From Ascoidea asiatica JCM 7603 (Eukaryota > Fungi > Ascomycota), in the NCBI GenBank assembly GCA_001600695.1, contig BCKQ01000001.1:1874340-1938339 (forward strand): DNA of 64,000 nucleotides, written 5' to 3'. Shown piece by piece: positions 10,161-22,421 of the stretch (its first letter is position 1; each line of letters opens with the position of its first letter). Below the pieces are notes generated by a model, which was given only the letters and a program-made list of their open reading frames with translations, ran no database searches and had not been told where the DNA came from. A program made the translations under genes and the position numbers.

Positions 10161-13100
10161 TTTAGTAGCTAATGGTGATTAATTATTTTATTATTTGATG
10201 GATTGAATAATTGATTAATTAATTAATATAGGTAATTAATGTGAGGATGTTATTCACTACAGATTAATTGGTCTGAGAAAAAAAAAAATGATTGAATAAT
10301 ACAATGATATAATAATAATAATATATAAGTATAATAATATTGATATAAAAACTTGATGGAAAAGTTGAAAGTGTTTAAGCTTAATTAGTATTATAATATA
10401 AGGACCAAATTATTTAAGGTATATTATGAATATTACGTATATTATAATAGAATGTATTAACGGTAAGTTAAGCTAGACTATATTCAAATTAACTTGATTA
10501 ATTGTTTTGGAATAACTTCGATAATAGTACTGAATAGAATAACAATAAAACAATAATAAAACAAAAAAAAGAAAAGAAAAAAAGATAGAATTATTAAAAT
10601 ATAAAAAAGATCAAAAAGATGAAAAAAGAGAAAAATGAGTGGGTTTGGTTAAGTATTTATAATTGAGTAAAAATGAGTAAAATTTTGAGTAAAAATGAGT
10701 GAACTTGAATGAAATTGAGGGAAATGGAGGATATATTATTGAAGATATGAAAGTTTAGAAATGGTCAGGCGTACAAAATAAATAGGGAATTTGAATCTTT
10801 GAGTTTTTTTGAATTCTTTTTATTTTTTAAATACTTTGGAATTTAAATTGGATGAAAATTATTTTGAAGTGGTATTAATTTGAAATTTGCGACTTAAAAA
10901 AGGGAAGATCACATAAAAAAATAGAGTGATAAATGAAATGAAATATTTCAATTAGTGCTGCTCTGGCTTTAAAGAAAGCAATATTAAAGAGATAAATAAA
11001 GAGATAAATAAATAGCTTCTAGTAGTAGAGCTTAATTAAAATAATAGCCCTGGACTTACAGAGGGCAAAGTGGCCCAGATTCACTGAGACAGCTCATAGA
11101 CAAAAATGCACCATCTAGCCACAAGCCAGATGTTTATTTACTTACTACTTGTACCATTACTGGCAGTAAAATCAGTGCAATATAATACAATCAATTAATC
11201 AATCAATCAGTTTCGCTTCTGTAGTCAGAAATCGATAGCTAGTAGGTATTGCTTGGAAATTTCCTGGAACTGCCAGTTCCAATACAAGCAACTTGTGAGA
11301 CCTCTGAGAGCGCTAAGACCTCTAAGCATAAAGACCAGACAGATACTTTGTATACTATACTTATTAACATATTCATATATCCTTCGTTATATCTTCGTTT
11401 TTTGCCATTTTTTACACCCTTTTTTGTTTCATTCTTTTAAATCTTTTTTTTATATTCACTTTTTCTTCCTTTTCCACTCTTGGTAAATAATTTGTGGGTA
11501 AAGATATCAATGAGCAGCTATGGTATCGTTAGGCTAATCTGTACAGAGCCAGTGCTGCTTCAGTGCTCGACACTTAGCAGTGAAGATAGAAACAGAGAGA
11601 GCTGAACTGTGCTACGGTGCTGCGAAAGTGATCAGCGTTACTATAACGTTGCTTTAACGTTAGTTTTACGCTACTACTGTGGTATGCCACTGGCGCACGT
11701 TGACTAAGATCACTTGCAAAGGCCCATTTCTTAAGCGAGCCAGTTCCACGGTACGGTGATACCGTGGTACCGTAAGCAGTCTACCGTAGGGCCTCTTGTA
11801 TTAAATGAACCCATGGATTGGAATGCTCGGCATTCCTACTGTGGAAGTTACCAAGATTCGCCGGATCTTAAGTGGTTTTCGTATCCCACTTGTGTGAAGA
11901 CGTACTAAACTACTACGCTGTAAAACACTTATATCTGCTTTCCAGCTCAAACCTACCGTATAAATCTATAGATTAATGTACAAACTGTATTAATAATAGT
12001 CAGTAAAAAGATTGTGTCCATATAATTTAATTTCTTATCAATTTACAATTGTTCTCCTCTCCGTAGTCGCACTCACTCCCCTATTTTTTCTTTAAAAAAA
12101 AAAAGTGAATGGCAATTACTATTAAGCCAAACTGAAACTGGCGGCATCACGTGCTTATACTCTTGGCATCCCGTTTTTTTAAAGCACTTAGCTTTTACTG
12201 TGTGAGTAGGATACTTTAGATTTTGCTCCGCTTTGAATACGAACGCAATCCTGGTTAAAAAAACCTTAACCTTACCTTAAGTAAAAAAAAAGTCAAAATA
12301 TTTGGGTTTCTGTTTGAGTTTCTATTTAAGTTTTTAATTGAGTTTATGTTTGTGCTTTTAAGTAACATTGCTCTACTATTCATAGTTTACACATACCTTA
12401 ACGTTTAACAACGTAAACCAAAATATGCCTTGTTTTACTCAAATGTATTGCGAAAACCATTTCTCATCTTTGTGTATTAATGTTACTGTTATAACGATAT
12501 AATTGATATTATTATATTATATTATATTATATTATTACGTTATTATTATGCAAATTTAGCTTGACACTTACAACACTAACAAACAACGTAACATTTTCTT
12601 CCGGCGAAGAATATCATCGTATTCGACTATTCGATATTAAATACGTATTTTTTCTGAGATTGGATTGTCAGTGTTTATTCATTGGATATTAATTTATTAA
12701 TTGTTTTAGCTTCTGAATTATATTATTCTCCAACTAACAATAACCATTACTACTATCATTATTATTGTCATGATCTTGTTGTTTCAGAATGCAAATCCTT
12801 ATCTAATAAATAATTCATAAAAGGATAATAAAAATATAATCATGAATTGCACTAATAATTGATATCAGATATAATTTGAAATTAATTTCACAATTTCACA
12901 CTAACTTTGAATAAAAATTAAATTAAATAATCTGGTTTCATGATAAACAAAAAAAAATAAGTGTAAAATATTTTACACTAAAAGTAGAATTTCAACTTTT
13001 TACACTAAAATTAATTTGAAATTAATTCCACTTCTAAGCTAAATTGTTTTTTTTTTTTTTTATTTAACTCCACTTCTATTGTGATATCATCTAATTTTCT

Positions 13101-14825
13101 CATCTATCCAATATCTAAAATCATAAATCTGTTCGTCAATGTTACATTCTATCGAGTACTTTTTTCAAATATTTTACCGTAGGCTTGTATCATTCTATTG
13201 AAATTAAAGACAAATTCAAATTTATGTTCAAATTCAAGTTCAAATTTTGATACCAAAAGTGATGTATGAAATTTTATGAAAGTCCAAACAATTTAAAGCT
13301 TTCATCTTTGGGATAAAAAAAAAAAATGACAGAAAATGCTTTTTCATTGGCTGTACAAATTGGATTACTGATACTAATAATCTGGGGATATTTATATTTT
13401 CAATAAATAGCAGAGAGTTTTATTTTCTCCTTAGTAAAAATAACTGAGAGCTCTTAGGAATTGGAAAATGAATTTTGTCTGTTACGTTTTGTTTCATTTT
13501 TCAACTTCAAATTACAAAAAAAAAAGACTTATAAAAAGTACATAAACAGGGGCTAATTACATATATAATCAATTAAGAACAATACGTATTATAAAGCAAT
13601 TAGCTTCAAAAACCACATCTTAATTCTAAACTCTTTTTTTTTGAAAAGAAAACTACATCAATTCAAAAGAGACAAATATAAATATTATTCTCTTGAGATA
13701 CAATTTATAATGAACAATTACCATTGGTTATAAATATCTGTACCATAAGTAGGTTTCCCCAGCAATTCAATATTTGTTCTTCAAGAGTCATTTTAATTTA
13801 ATTACATTTTGAAGCTAAAATAAAAACAAGTTCAATTTCTAAATTCCTGAGTTTATGCCTTTCTTAAATTCTTTCTTAATTCCGTTTTAACTCCTTTTTA
13901 ACTCTTTCTAAATCTCGCTTACTTCCTTTCTCAATTTTCATACTAAAATTTTTCTTATTTTTCAATTGTAAGAAAAATACATGAATATTCCTTATACCTA
14001 ATACTAACTTTATTTCTTGTTTTTCACAAAGTGCTAATCAAATTAATATTTAAAATTAAGAATTGTTTTTTTTTTTTCTCTCAAAAAGATCAATAGCCGA
14101 GGAAAATGTGTTTATATGCACCGTAACTTACTCACCAACAGTACAAACCTTCTCAAAGTTGCGTGCAGAATTGCACTGAACGTTTCTTTTTTTTTCTTTG
14201 TTTTTTTGTTTTTCTGTGAAATGATGTATGCACATACCAGTATTGTAAGGTTTGATATTTTATAGAGTACTTTGAGTTTAAGACATACTGTTTATTGCCG
14301 AACTATCCGATTTTCTGAGCAACCAAATTTTTTTCTCCTTTTCCATTTATTTAGGTTCTTATCCTGTTAGTAAAAATCCTGATAACAATCTGTTATTTTT
14401 TTTTTTCTCGTGATCGTCGTTGGTTGTGATTGGCCCTTTTTAAACATTTTTTAGGGCCATGGAAAAACCCGGGTTGCTTTTCTTGATCAAGCAATACAAA
14501 TATTTAGGACTTGCAAGTGTCCTAAATATGCCTTAATTTGACGTTACCTTGTTTCCCATTTAAAGATTTTTTTCAAGGGTTTTTCAGCAATCGACTAAGA
14601 AAAAACTTAAAATTCATAAATTCGGTAATTTACTAAGCTTTTTCCAATTGGCTACAATTGAAATATTGAAATATTCTTATCATATTGTAAAAAGTATGAG
14701 TAAAGATTGAAAAAATATTAATTGTATTTGTTCTAGATATGTTTTAAATATTCAATTATCCAATTTTTTATTATATTTTTTAGTTTATTTTTAATCAGTA
14801 GATTCATTATTATAATTTAAATAAA

Positions 14826-16436
14826 ATGACAAATTTATTAAATAATTCATTGGATAAATTTTCAGGAAAATTGATTGATTTAAAAGAAGTTATTTCAAAT
14901 TTAAAGAAATCAAAAAGTTTGAATGATTTAAATATTAAACAACATTTATCTTTTGGAAACTCAATTTCAACTTCAACTTCATTTACAAAAAAATATAATG
15001 ATAAATATGATAATTTAAATTTGAAATTATCAAAAATCTCAAAAAATAATTTTGATTCAATTGAAATTTTAGATAAAGATATTTTGAATTTCAAAATAAA
15101 AACCTCAAAAAACAAACAAGAGAAAGAAGATGATGAAAATAAAAATAAAAATAAAAATGAAAATGAAAATGAAGATGAAGATGAGAAAAGTATATTAAAT
15201 TGTAAAAAAATTAACAAATTATCAAATAATAAATTCAATTTAAAAATTTCATGTTTTCAACCTTTTAGAGATTTTGAATGTAATTTAAATAAATCATTAT
15301 CAAATAAAAAAATAAATGAATTAAATCTAAAGTTAAATTGGATGAAATCTTTAAATACAAATATTTTTATTGTTTGTTTAAATTCAGATTTATCTATTAA
15401 TCAAGATAATTTTATAAAAAATAATTCAATTTTAATTAATGATTTAATAAATTTATCTAAAATTGTTGGAAATTTTGATAAAAATTATAAAATTGCAATA
15501 GAAATTTTATCTTGGTCATCATATATTAAAAATTTAAAAGATTTATTTAAAATTATTTCAAATTTAAATTTAAATAATTTAGGTATTTGTTTTGATTCTT
15601 TTCATTACTTTAATGAATTTAAAATGAATATGAACATCAATAAGAATAAAAATATGATTGATCTAAATTTAATTGATGAAATAATTAAAAATAATAAATT
15701 ATTTTTTATTCAATTATCAGATTCTTTAAATTTAAATTTCAATTATTCAAAACCTATAAATTTTTTAAATTATTCAAGAAATTTTAGAGTTTTACCATTT
15801 CAAGGAGAGTATTCTAATGAATTAATTCAAGTTATTGATAAATTAATCAATTATAAGAAAGAAATTGAAAAAAATAAGGAAAACATTAATTTCAATTTTT
15901 CAATTCCAGAATATTTATCACTTGAATGCTTTCATCCATTTGATACTGTTAATTATAATGATGCAATTGTCTCGTTAAATTATTTACAATTATTTTCTGA
16001 AATAAAGAATTCTAGAGATGAATTCAAAGATATAATAATATCAAATGTTATGTATTTTAAAATTTCTGAAAATAATCAAATTCAAATATATCTTAATTAT
16101 GAAAAAGATATTGTAAAAATAATAAAAAGAGCTTATTTTATTGGTTATAATGAAGTCTTAGAAACTTTTCAAGATTTGAATATTCAATTTTTCTCAATTG
16201 ACTTAGATAATAATATCAATTCTTATATTTCCAAAGAACAGAATAAAGTTGATCAATATTATTGCTCTGAAGAAGAATTTTATTCAACAAAACTTTTGTT
16301 TGCAGCTTTATTTGATATTCTTCCAGAAAGGAAAAAAGATGATTTAAATTCAGGATCATTTACTTTTACTTCTGGAAACTCTTTTGATATAAAAATAATT
16401 GATTTTGATATAAATGTGAAAAAAATATTCGAATAA
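14826..16436 (+). CDS. Xylose-isomerase-like TIM-barrel protein, QsuB/QuiC1-type 3-dehydroshikimate dehydratase-like
   Basis: Ordered motifs FQPFRDFE, IAIEILSW, GICFDSFH, FFIQLSD, SRNFRVLPFQG, LSLECF match the metal-binding AP-endonuclease-2 barrel of QsuB/QuiC1. Confidence 0.75.
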   Translation: MTNLLNNSLDKFSGKLIDLKEVISNLKKSKSLNDLNIKQHLSFGNSISTSTSFTKKYNDKYDNLNLKLSKISKNNFDSIEILDKDILNFKIKTSKNKQEKEDDENKNKNKNENENEDEDEKSILNCKKINKLSNNKFNLKISCFQPFRDFECNLNKSLSNKKINELNLKLNWMKSLNTNIFIVCLNSDLSINQDNFIKNNSILINDLINLSKIVGNFDKNYKIAIEILSWSSYIKNLKDLFKIISNLNLNNLGICFDSFHYFNEFKMNMNINKNKNMIDLNLIDEIIKNNKLFFIQLSDSLNLNFNYSKPINFLNYSRNFRVLPFQGEYSNELIQVIDKLINYKKEIEKNKENINFNFSIPEYLSLECFHPFDTVNYNDAIVSLNYLQLFSEIKNSRDEFKDIIISNVMYFKISENNQIQIYLNYEKDIVKIIKRAYFIGYNEVLETFQDLNIQFFSIDLDNNINSYISKEQNKVDQYYCSEEEFYSTKLLFAALFDILPERKKDDLNSGSFTFTSGNSFDIKIIDFDINVKKIFE

Positions 16437-16666
16437 TGAAAATAATTTATCTGAGATTTATTACAAATTTATTTTCTCAAATGACGCCATAATTGGGGGA
16501 CTTCTTGTGGCGTGGGTTTTTGTAAACGAAAATGTTAAAAAAAAAAGTAGCTTTAAATATTTGCCTGTATTGATAATAGAAATCAGTTTATGAAAATTAT
16601 GTAAATAATATATATATAAACTATAATATAATATAATATAAGAAAAGTAGTTGATATTCATTAATA

Positions 16667-16963
16667 ATGGATAATAAAGCAATTGAAGATTGTATACTTC
16701 AAGAAATTAAAGAATGTAACTCAAATATTGATCAAGATATTGAAATTCAAATTAAAGATAATATTTTAAATGATTTTAATAATTTAAATAAATTTCAAGG
16801 TTTATTAAATGAGAAAAGAAATGCAATAAAGAAATTGAATGAATTTATAAATCAAATCATTGTAACTACAACATTATCTTCATTATCTGGTTTAAATCCA
16901 GATGTTAATTCAAATGAAGGAATTTTGTTAAATATTTTAAAACAATTTTCTTCTTCAACTGTA

Positions 16964-17011
<48 letters not shown>

Positions 17012-17941
17012 TTAAGTCCTGATAATATTATAAGTAATAGTGTCATAAGTAATCTTCTGAATGGTCCTATGAAGGATGTTCTACATAATAATATAGATAA
17101 TAGTAATCATAATGTTACAAGTAATAAAGAAAATAATCAAATACAAATTGGTCATGAAATTTCAAAAGTTGATCAATATAATAATATATCAAATTTGAGT
17201 TCAAATACAAATGAACTAGAATCTCCAATAATAGATAATACTTCTAATAATGATAAAGTAAATAAAACTAGTAATAATTCTTCAGGAATTGAAGCTTTAG
17301 AAAAACTTAATAATATATTAAATCAAAATCTTAACTCGAATATTAATACCCCTACAAATACAATTAATGAAAAACAATTAATTGATTCAAATCAAACTAA
17401 TTCATATAATGACTATAATCCACACAATGAGTATAATAATAAATATAATAATAATGATGATATTCCAATGAAAAGAGTTGAAAATATAAATAATTATGAA
17501 GAAGCAATAAATTATATAGATAAAATTTTAATTACAAATGAAATTTTTTTAAATCAAATTAAATTAATGATAAATAAACAAGAAAAAATTGAAATTCAAT
17601 ATAATAAAAAATTTCAGAATGAAATTAAGATTGAAATCAATAAATTTAAAGATAAATTAAATGAAATTAAACCAAGTGATAAAATTAATGAAAATGATAT
17701 TAATGATGATAATAATGAAAATAATATTTTAAAATTAAAATATATTGAAAAAATTAATGAAAATATTTATAAAAATTCAATTGAAGAATTTTATGAAATT
17801 AATCAAGAATTAGTTAAAGAATTTCATAATGAATTTAAAATTTTAAGAGTACCTTTATTTTGTTTAAATAGAAATTTATATTATAAAGAATTAATGTTTG
17901 ATAGAAAAAAAATTATTGATTATTTATATAATCTAGTTTAA
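16667..17941 (+). CDS. Uncharacterised Asn-rich coiled-coil protein (C-terminus resembles fungal DUF2458)
   Basis: 424-aa ORF with host codon bias and a poly-N tract. C-terminal helical block ...LRVPLFCL...DRKKIIDYL. Confidence 0.6.
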
Positions 17942-17971
17942 AAGGATTAGTAACAGAACCTTAATAAAATA

Positions 17972-18784
17972 TCAATAAAATAAATTCAAATTTTCATCAC
18001 TTTCATAATCACTATCATAATCACTCTGATTATCACTTTCATTATCATTATCATTATCATTATCATTATCATTGAATTGATTAATATAGTAATTTTCTCT
18101 AGAGATACCTAAAGTTAATTCTCTTGATTTTTTTTCAATTATAAGTTTAAAAGAATTTGGTAAAGATTCAATGAATAAATTTGGTGGTTTACCATAAACA
18201 TAAGAAAATGGAGGTATAACCATTTTATCAGGTATTATTGAATTTTTTTTAATTAAAACATTATCATAAATTATTGATAAATTACCTAAAATTGAATTTT
18301 TTTCAATATAAACTTTATTACCAATATTTAAAGATTTAATTTTACAATTTTTTTCAATGGTTGTAAAAGAACCAATTTTTATTGTTGTATGAATTTTTAT
18401 AATTTCAAATTTTTCCTTAATTTTATTTGTATTATTGTTATCTTTATCTTTATTTAAATTTTTATTTAATCTTTTTTTGAAACCTAATATTGGTGGAATT
18501 ATTTCTGTTTTTTCTTTAATATTTGAATATTTTCCAATTTGAATTGCAATTTTTCTAGAATTATCATTTTGAGAAGTATTTTCACCATTTTTGCCACCAG
18601 AACCAACACCAGAAGAACCTGAAGCACCAGAAGAACTAGAACTCGAAGTGTTCAATCTGACATCGCCATTGAGCTTTGCAAATGGATATATTGTTGAATT
18701 TCCAGCAAGAAGAATGTTTGGAGCTCCAAGAATTATTGCTTTCTTTGATATTCGATTACCAGACACTGTTTCTATCCAGTCCAT
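17972..18784 (-). CDS. DCTN5: Dynactin subunit 5 (p25), left-handed beta-helix
   Basis: WIETVSGNRISKKAIILGAPNILLAGNSTI N-terminus, hexapeptide IG repeats, VIPPFSYVYGKP...ESLP. Confidence 0.85.
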   Translation of the reverse strand: MDWIETVSGNRISKKAIILGAPNILLAGNSTIYPFAKLNGDVRLNTSSSSSSGASGSSGVGSGGKNGENTSQNDNSRKIAIQIGKYSNIKEKTEIIPPILGFKKRLNKNLNKDKDNNNTNKIKEKFEIIKIHTTIKIGSFTTIEKNCKIKSLNIGNKVYIEKNSILGNLSIIYDNVLIKKNSIIPDKMVIPPFSYVYGKPPNLFIESLPNSFKLIIEKKSRELTLGISRENYYINQFNDNDNDNDNDNESDNQSDYDSDYESDENLNLFY

Positions 18785-19408
18785 AGTTGATTATTCATTC
18801 CCACTTCTTCAGTTCATCAATCCTAAGTTTCTTCTTCGCTGTCTTCAATCTATTCTTCAATTTCTTGTTCTACTCTTCATTCTCTTTCTGATTTCTTCTT
18901 CTTCTTCTTCTTCTTCTTCTTCTGATTCTTCTTTTGTTTTTGTTTTTGTTTTCGTGTTTTATTGAAAAGTCGTGCTTTGACTGAGATAGCAACGTGTCGA
19001 TGAGACCCTTCAATATTTGGGATACTGTTGCTACACCAGCCACAAAATTACTTATATCATCCAGTAGAAATTTTTCAAAAGTAATACCCTCATACTTATA
19101 ATAAGGCTTCATACCCTCTTGAAACACCACTTTTCTTCTTGTTTTGGTGTTCATTTTCTCCTGCCATCAATTGATGCCAGTCTGAATTTGACAGATGAAC
19201 TGAAAATAAAAATAAACGTTTATTTTTTGGTTATTATTTTTATTATTTAATCCCATAAATATCATTCAATTTCCCCAGATATTTATATATTTTGTAATTT
19301 ATATTTCAATTTATATCTATCTCTGTTAAATTTTTAAATTCAATTGCTTTCTCTTGGTTCTGTTTTTTTTTTCTTTCGATTTTTACTGTGATTATTTCTC
19401 TCTTCAAA

Positions 19409-20851
19409 ATGGCTGATAAATTATTTCAACTTAAATCTGGTATGTCTCAAGTTTACTAAATTTTACTCTGGATTTCGGATAATTCATTTTCATTTTCATT
19501 TTCATTTTCATTTTCATTCACTCGAATTATTCTTACTAACATTTCAAAAGGTTATCAAAATTATGATTGGGGTAAACTTGGTTCAACATCTGCTGTTGCA
19601 AAATTTGTTTCAAATTCAAGTCCTGATATTAAAATTGATGAATCAAAACCATATGCTGAATTATGGATGGGTACACATCCAAAAACTCCTTCATATAATT
19701 TAAATACAAATGATTTATTAATTGATATAATTTCAAAAAATCCAAATTATTATTTAGGTAAAAAAATTTCAAAAATTTATTTAAATAATTTACCATTTTT
19801 ATTTAAAGTTTTATCAATTAAAAAAGTTTTATCAATTCAAGCTCATCCAAATAAAATTTTAGCTAAAAAATTATTTAAAATTGATCCAAAGAATTATCCA
19901 GATGATAATCATAAACCTGAAATGGCAATTGCAATAACAAAATTTGAAGGATTTTGTGGTTTTAAACCATTAAATGAAATTAAATATTATATTAATAATA
20001 TAATTGAATTAAAAAATTTAATTGGTGGTGATGAAATAGTTAATGAATTTAATCAAAATATTAAAATTAATTCAATTAATTCAATTAATTCAAATAAATC
20101 TTTAATTAAAAAAATTTATAATAATTTAATGAATTCAAATAATGAAGAAATTATTAAAAATTCAATTTCTTTAATTAATTCAATTAAAACAAATTCAAAA
20201 ATTTTTCAAAAATTTGATAATGATTTACCAGAATTAATTTTAAAATTAAATAATCAATTTCCAAATGATATTGGTTTATTTTGTGGATGTTTATTATTAA
20301 ATTATTGTAAATTAAATCCAGGTCAATCATTATTTTTAAAAGCTTTAGAACCTCATGCATATATTTCTGGAGATATAATTGAATGTATGGCAGCAAGTGA
20401 TAATGTTATAAGATCTGGATTTACACCAAAATTTAAAGATGTTAATGTTTTAGTTAATAATTTAACTTATAAATATGATTCTGTTGAAAATCAATTAATG
20501 AATCCAACAATTTATTCAAATTGTGAAGCTTCTTCTTCTTATTCTTCTTCAAAGGCATTATTATATAATCCACCAATTGATGAATTTCAAGTTTTAAAAA
20601 CAGAAATTAATTCAATTAATGATTCAATAAAATTTAATAAAATTAATGGACCAAGTATTTTAATTACAACTGAAGGTAATGGTAAAATTGAAAATCTTGA
20701 AACTGGTGAAATTTTTGATTGTAAAACTGGTTTTATATTTTTCATTGCTGCAAATTGTGAAATTAAATTATCTTCAAATGATGTTAAAGAAGAAGAAGAA
20801 GATAATGATACTAGTAAAAGTTTTATAACTTATCGTGCTTTTTGTGATTAA
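19409..20851 (+). CDS. PMI40: Mannose-6-phosphate isomerase; two exons, 19409-19439 and 19551-20851 (443 aa)
   Basis: Spliced N-terminus MADKLFQLKSG|YQNYDWGK, then AELWMGTHP, LSIQAHP, YPDDNHKPEMA, PHAYISGDIIECMAASDNV. Confidence 0.96.
19440..19550 (+). other. Spliceosomal intron of PMI40 (111 nt)
   Basis: 5' GTATGT at 19440, branch point TACTAAC at 19534-19540, 3' AAG ending at 19550. Splicing restores the frame. Confidence 0.95.
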
Positions 20852-20890
20852 TTTATTTATATATATATATATATTTATATATTTATATAT

Positions 20891-21742
20891 TTATATAATA
20901 TTATTTTTTTTATAATTTTCAATTTTTTTCTTTAATTGATTTGAATTTAATTGAAAAATATTTAAATTTTTATCCCATTGCATTTTATCATAATTATTAT
21001 TATATTTATTAATTAAAGATTTTATCCAAAATGATTCTCTTTCACTTATAAATCTTTTTTTATGAATTAAAGGTCTATTTGCAAAATTATTTAATTTATT
21101 AATAAATTCATTTGAATCATTTGATTTATTTAAATTTTCTTTTTCAATTAATTTATCTTTAATTTTATATTTATTATATTTTTCATTAAATTCATCATCA
21201 CTTTCACCATCTGATAAAACTTGTTTTTTACCATATATAACTTTTATAACATTTCCAAGTTTATCTCTTATTATTCTTGCTTCACCTTCAGGAATTTTAT
21301 TTTCATCAATTTCATCATCAGAATCTAAATCAGAATCAGAATCAAGGTTTTCTTGAATATTGAAAGTATTAGATTCTTTATTTATTATATTATTATTATT
21401 ATTATTATTATTATTATCTTCATTAACTTCTTCTTCAAGTTCATTAAAAAAATCATTAACACCTTCATTACTTAAATCTAAATTTTCAAGAATTTTTTTT
21501 TTTTTTATAGGATCATCAACATCATAAAATGGTTTTATATTTTTTTCTTTACCACCTCTATAATTTGATAATTTTGGTTTAATACCTAAATTTTTATAAT
21601 TTTGAATTAAAGTTAATTTTGGATTCCAATGATCTTTTATTAATGGATATGTTTTATAATTTATTTGTCTTTGTTTATCTTTTGTTCTTCTTGAAATTTT
21701 TGAAGAAGATTTTGTTGCATTTCTCTTTCTCACAGATACCAT
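20891..21742 (-). CDS. NOP16: Nucleolar 60S biogenesis protein Nop16
   Basis: MVSVRKR N-terminus, WNPKLTLIQNYKNLG, IPEGEARIIRD, SERE..WI..LI.KY...YDKMQWDKNLNIFQ. Confidence 0.92.
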   Translation of the reverse strand: MVSVRKRNATKSSSKISRRTKDKQRQINYKTYPLIKDHWNPKLTLIQNYKNLGIKPKLSNYRGGKEKNIKPFYDVDDPIKKKKILENLDLSNEGVNDFFNELEEEVNEDNNNNNNNNNIINKESNTFNIQENLDSDSDLDSDDEIDENKIPEGEARIIRDKLGNVIKVIYGKKQVLSDGESDDEFNEKYNKYKIKDKLIEKENLNKSNDSNEFINKLNNFANRPLIHKKRFISERESFWIKSLINKYNNNYDKMQWDKNLNIFQLNSNQLKKKIENYKKNNII

Positions 21743-21986
21743 TTTTGAAATATAAATATAAATATCAATAAGTAATTAATAATGTAATTATGAAATAGTT
21801 TTAATTATTCTTTTCTTCTTTCCAGTGTTTAAATGACAGTAAATTAAAAACAAAATTAAAAATAAAATAAAATAAAAAAAAATTAAAATTTCAATAAAAA
21901 TATTAAATCCGCTAGTCACGGAAACTTAAATTTCAGATCCTTGTCACGGAACTGAAAAAAAATTCAAAAAACTCCGCCATTTCAAA

Positions 21987-22039
21987 TTACGTAATCTCTG
22001 ACTAATCAAAACGTGACAATTACGTAATTTCTTACGTAA
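21987..22039. promoter_or_regulatory. Three TTACGTAA palindromes (bZIP-type) upstream of NOP16
   Basis: TTACGTAA at 21987, 22020 and 22032. Confidence 0.55.
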
Positions 22040-22421
22040 TCTGAAAAAAATGAAAAATGAAATTGAAAAATGAAATTGAAAAATGAAACCTTTTTTTTTT
22101 TTTGTGTTTCTGTGGGAAATTGAAGAAATCAAAAACAAAGAAAAGTAAAAGAAAGTAAACAAAAACTTACACTTAAAAACAGATCAGAAACAACTCGAGA
22201 ATTCATTTACAAATGATCAAATGATCAACAAGTTGAAACAATCATTAAAGTCTAAATAAAGTATTTTGTAGTTAAGTTACAAAGTGTATGAAAGAAAAGA
22301 AAATGATGAATTATTAATCAATAAAGACAATTAAAAACTGAAAACTTGTATTCTGAATTGAAGAATGTTTGAAGACATATATTATTTGATAAAAAATTTG
22401 AATTATTTAAACTATTTAAAA

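Noticed and set aside
12268-12282. CTTACCTTAAG resembling the 5' end of yeast U1 snRNA
   Set aside because: Lacks the ATA start and is followed by poly-A rather than U1 stem-loops.
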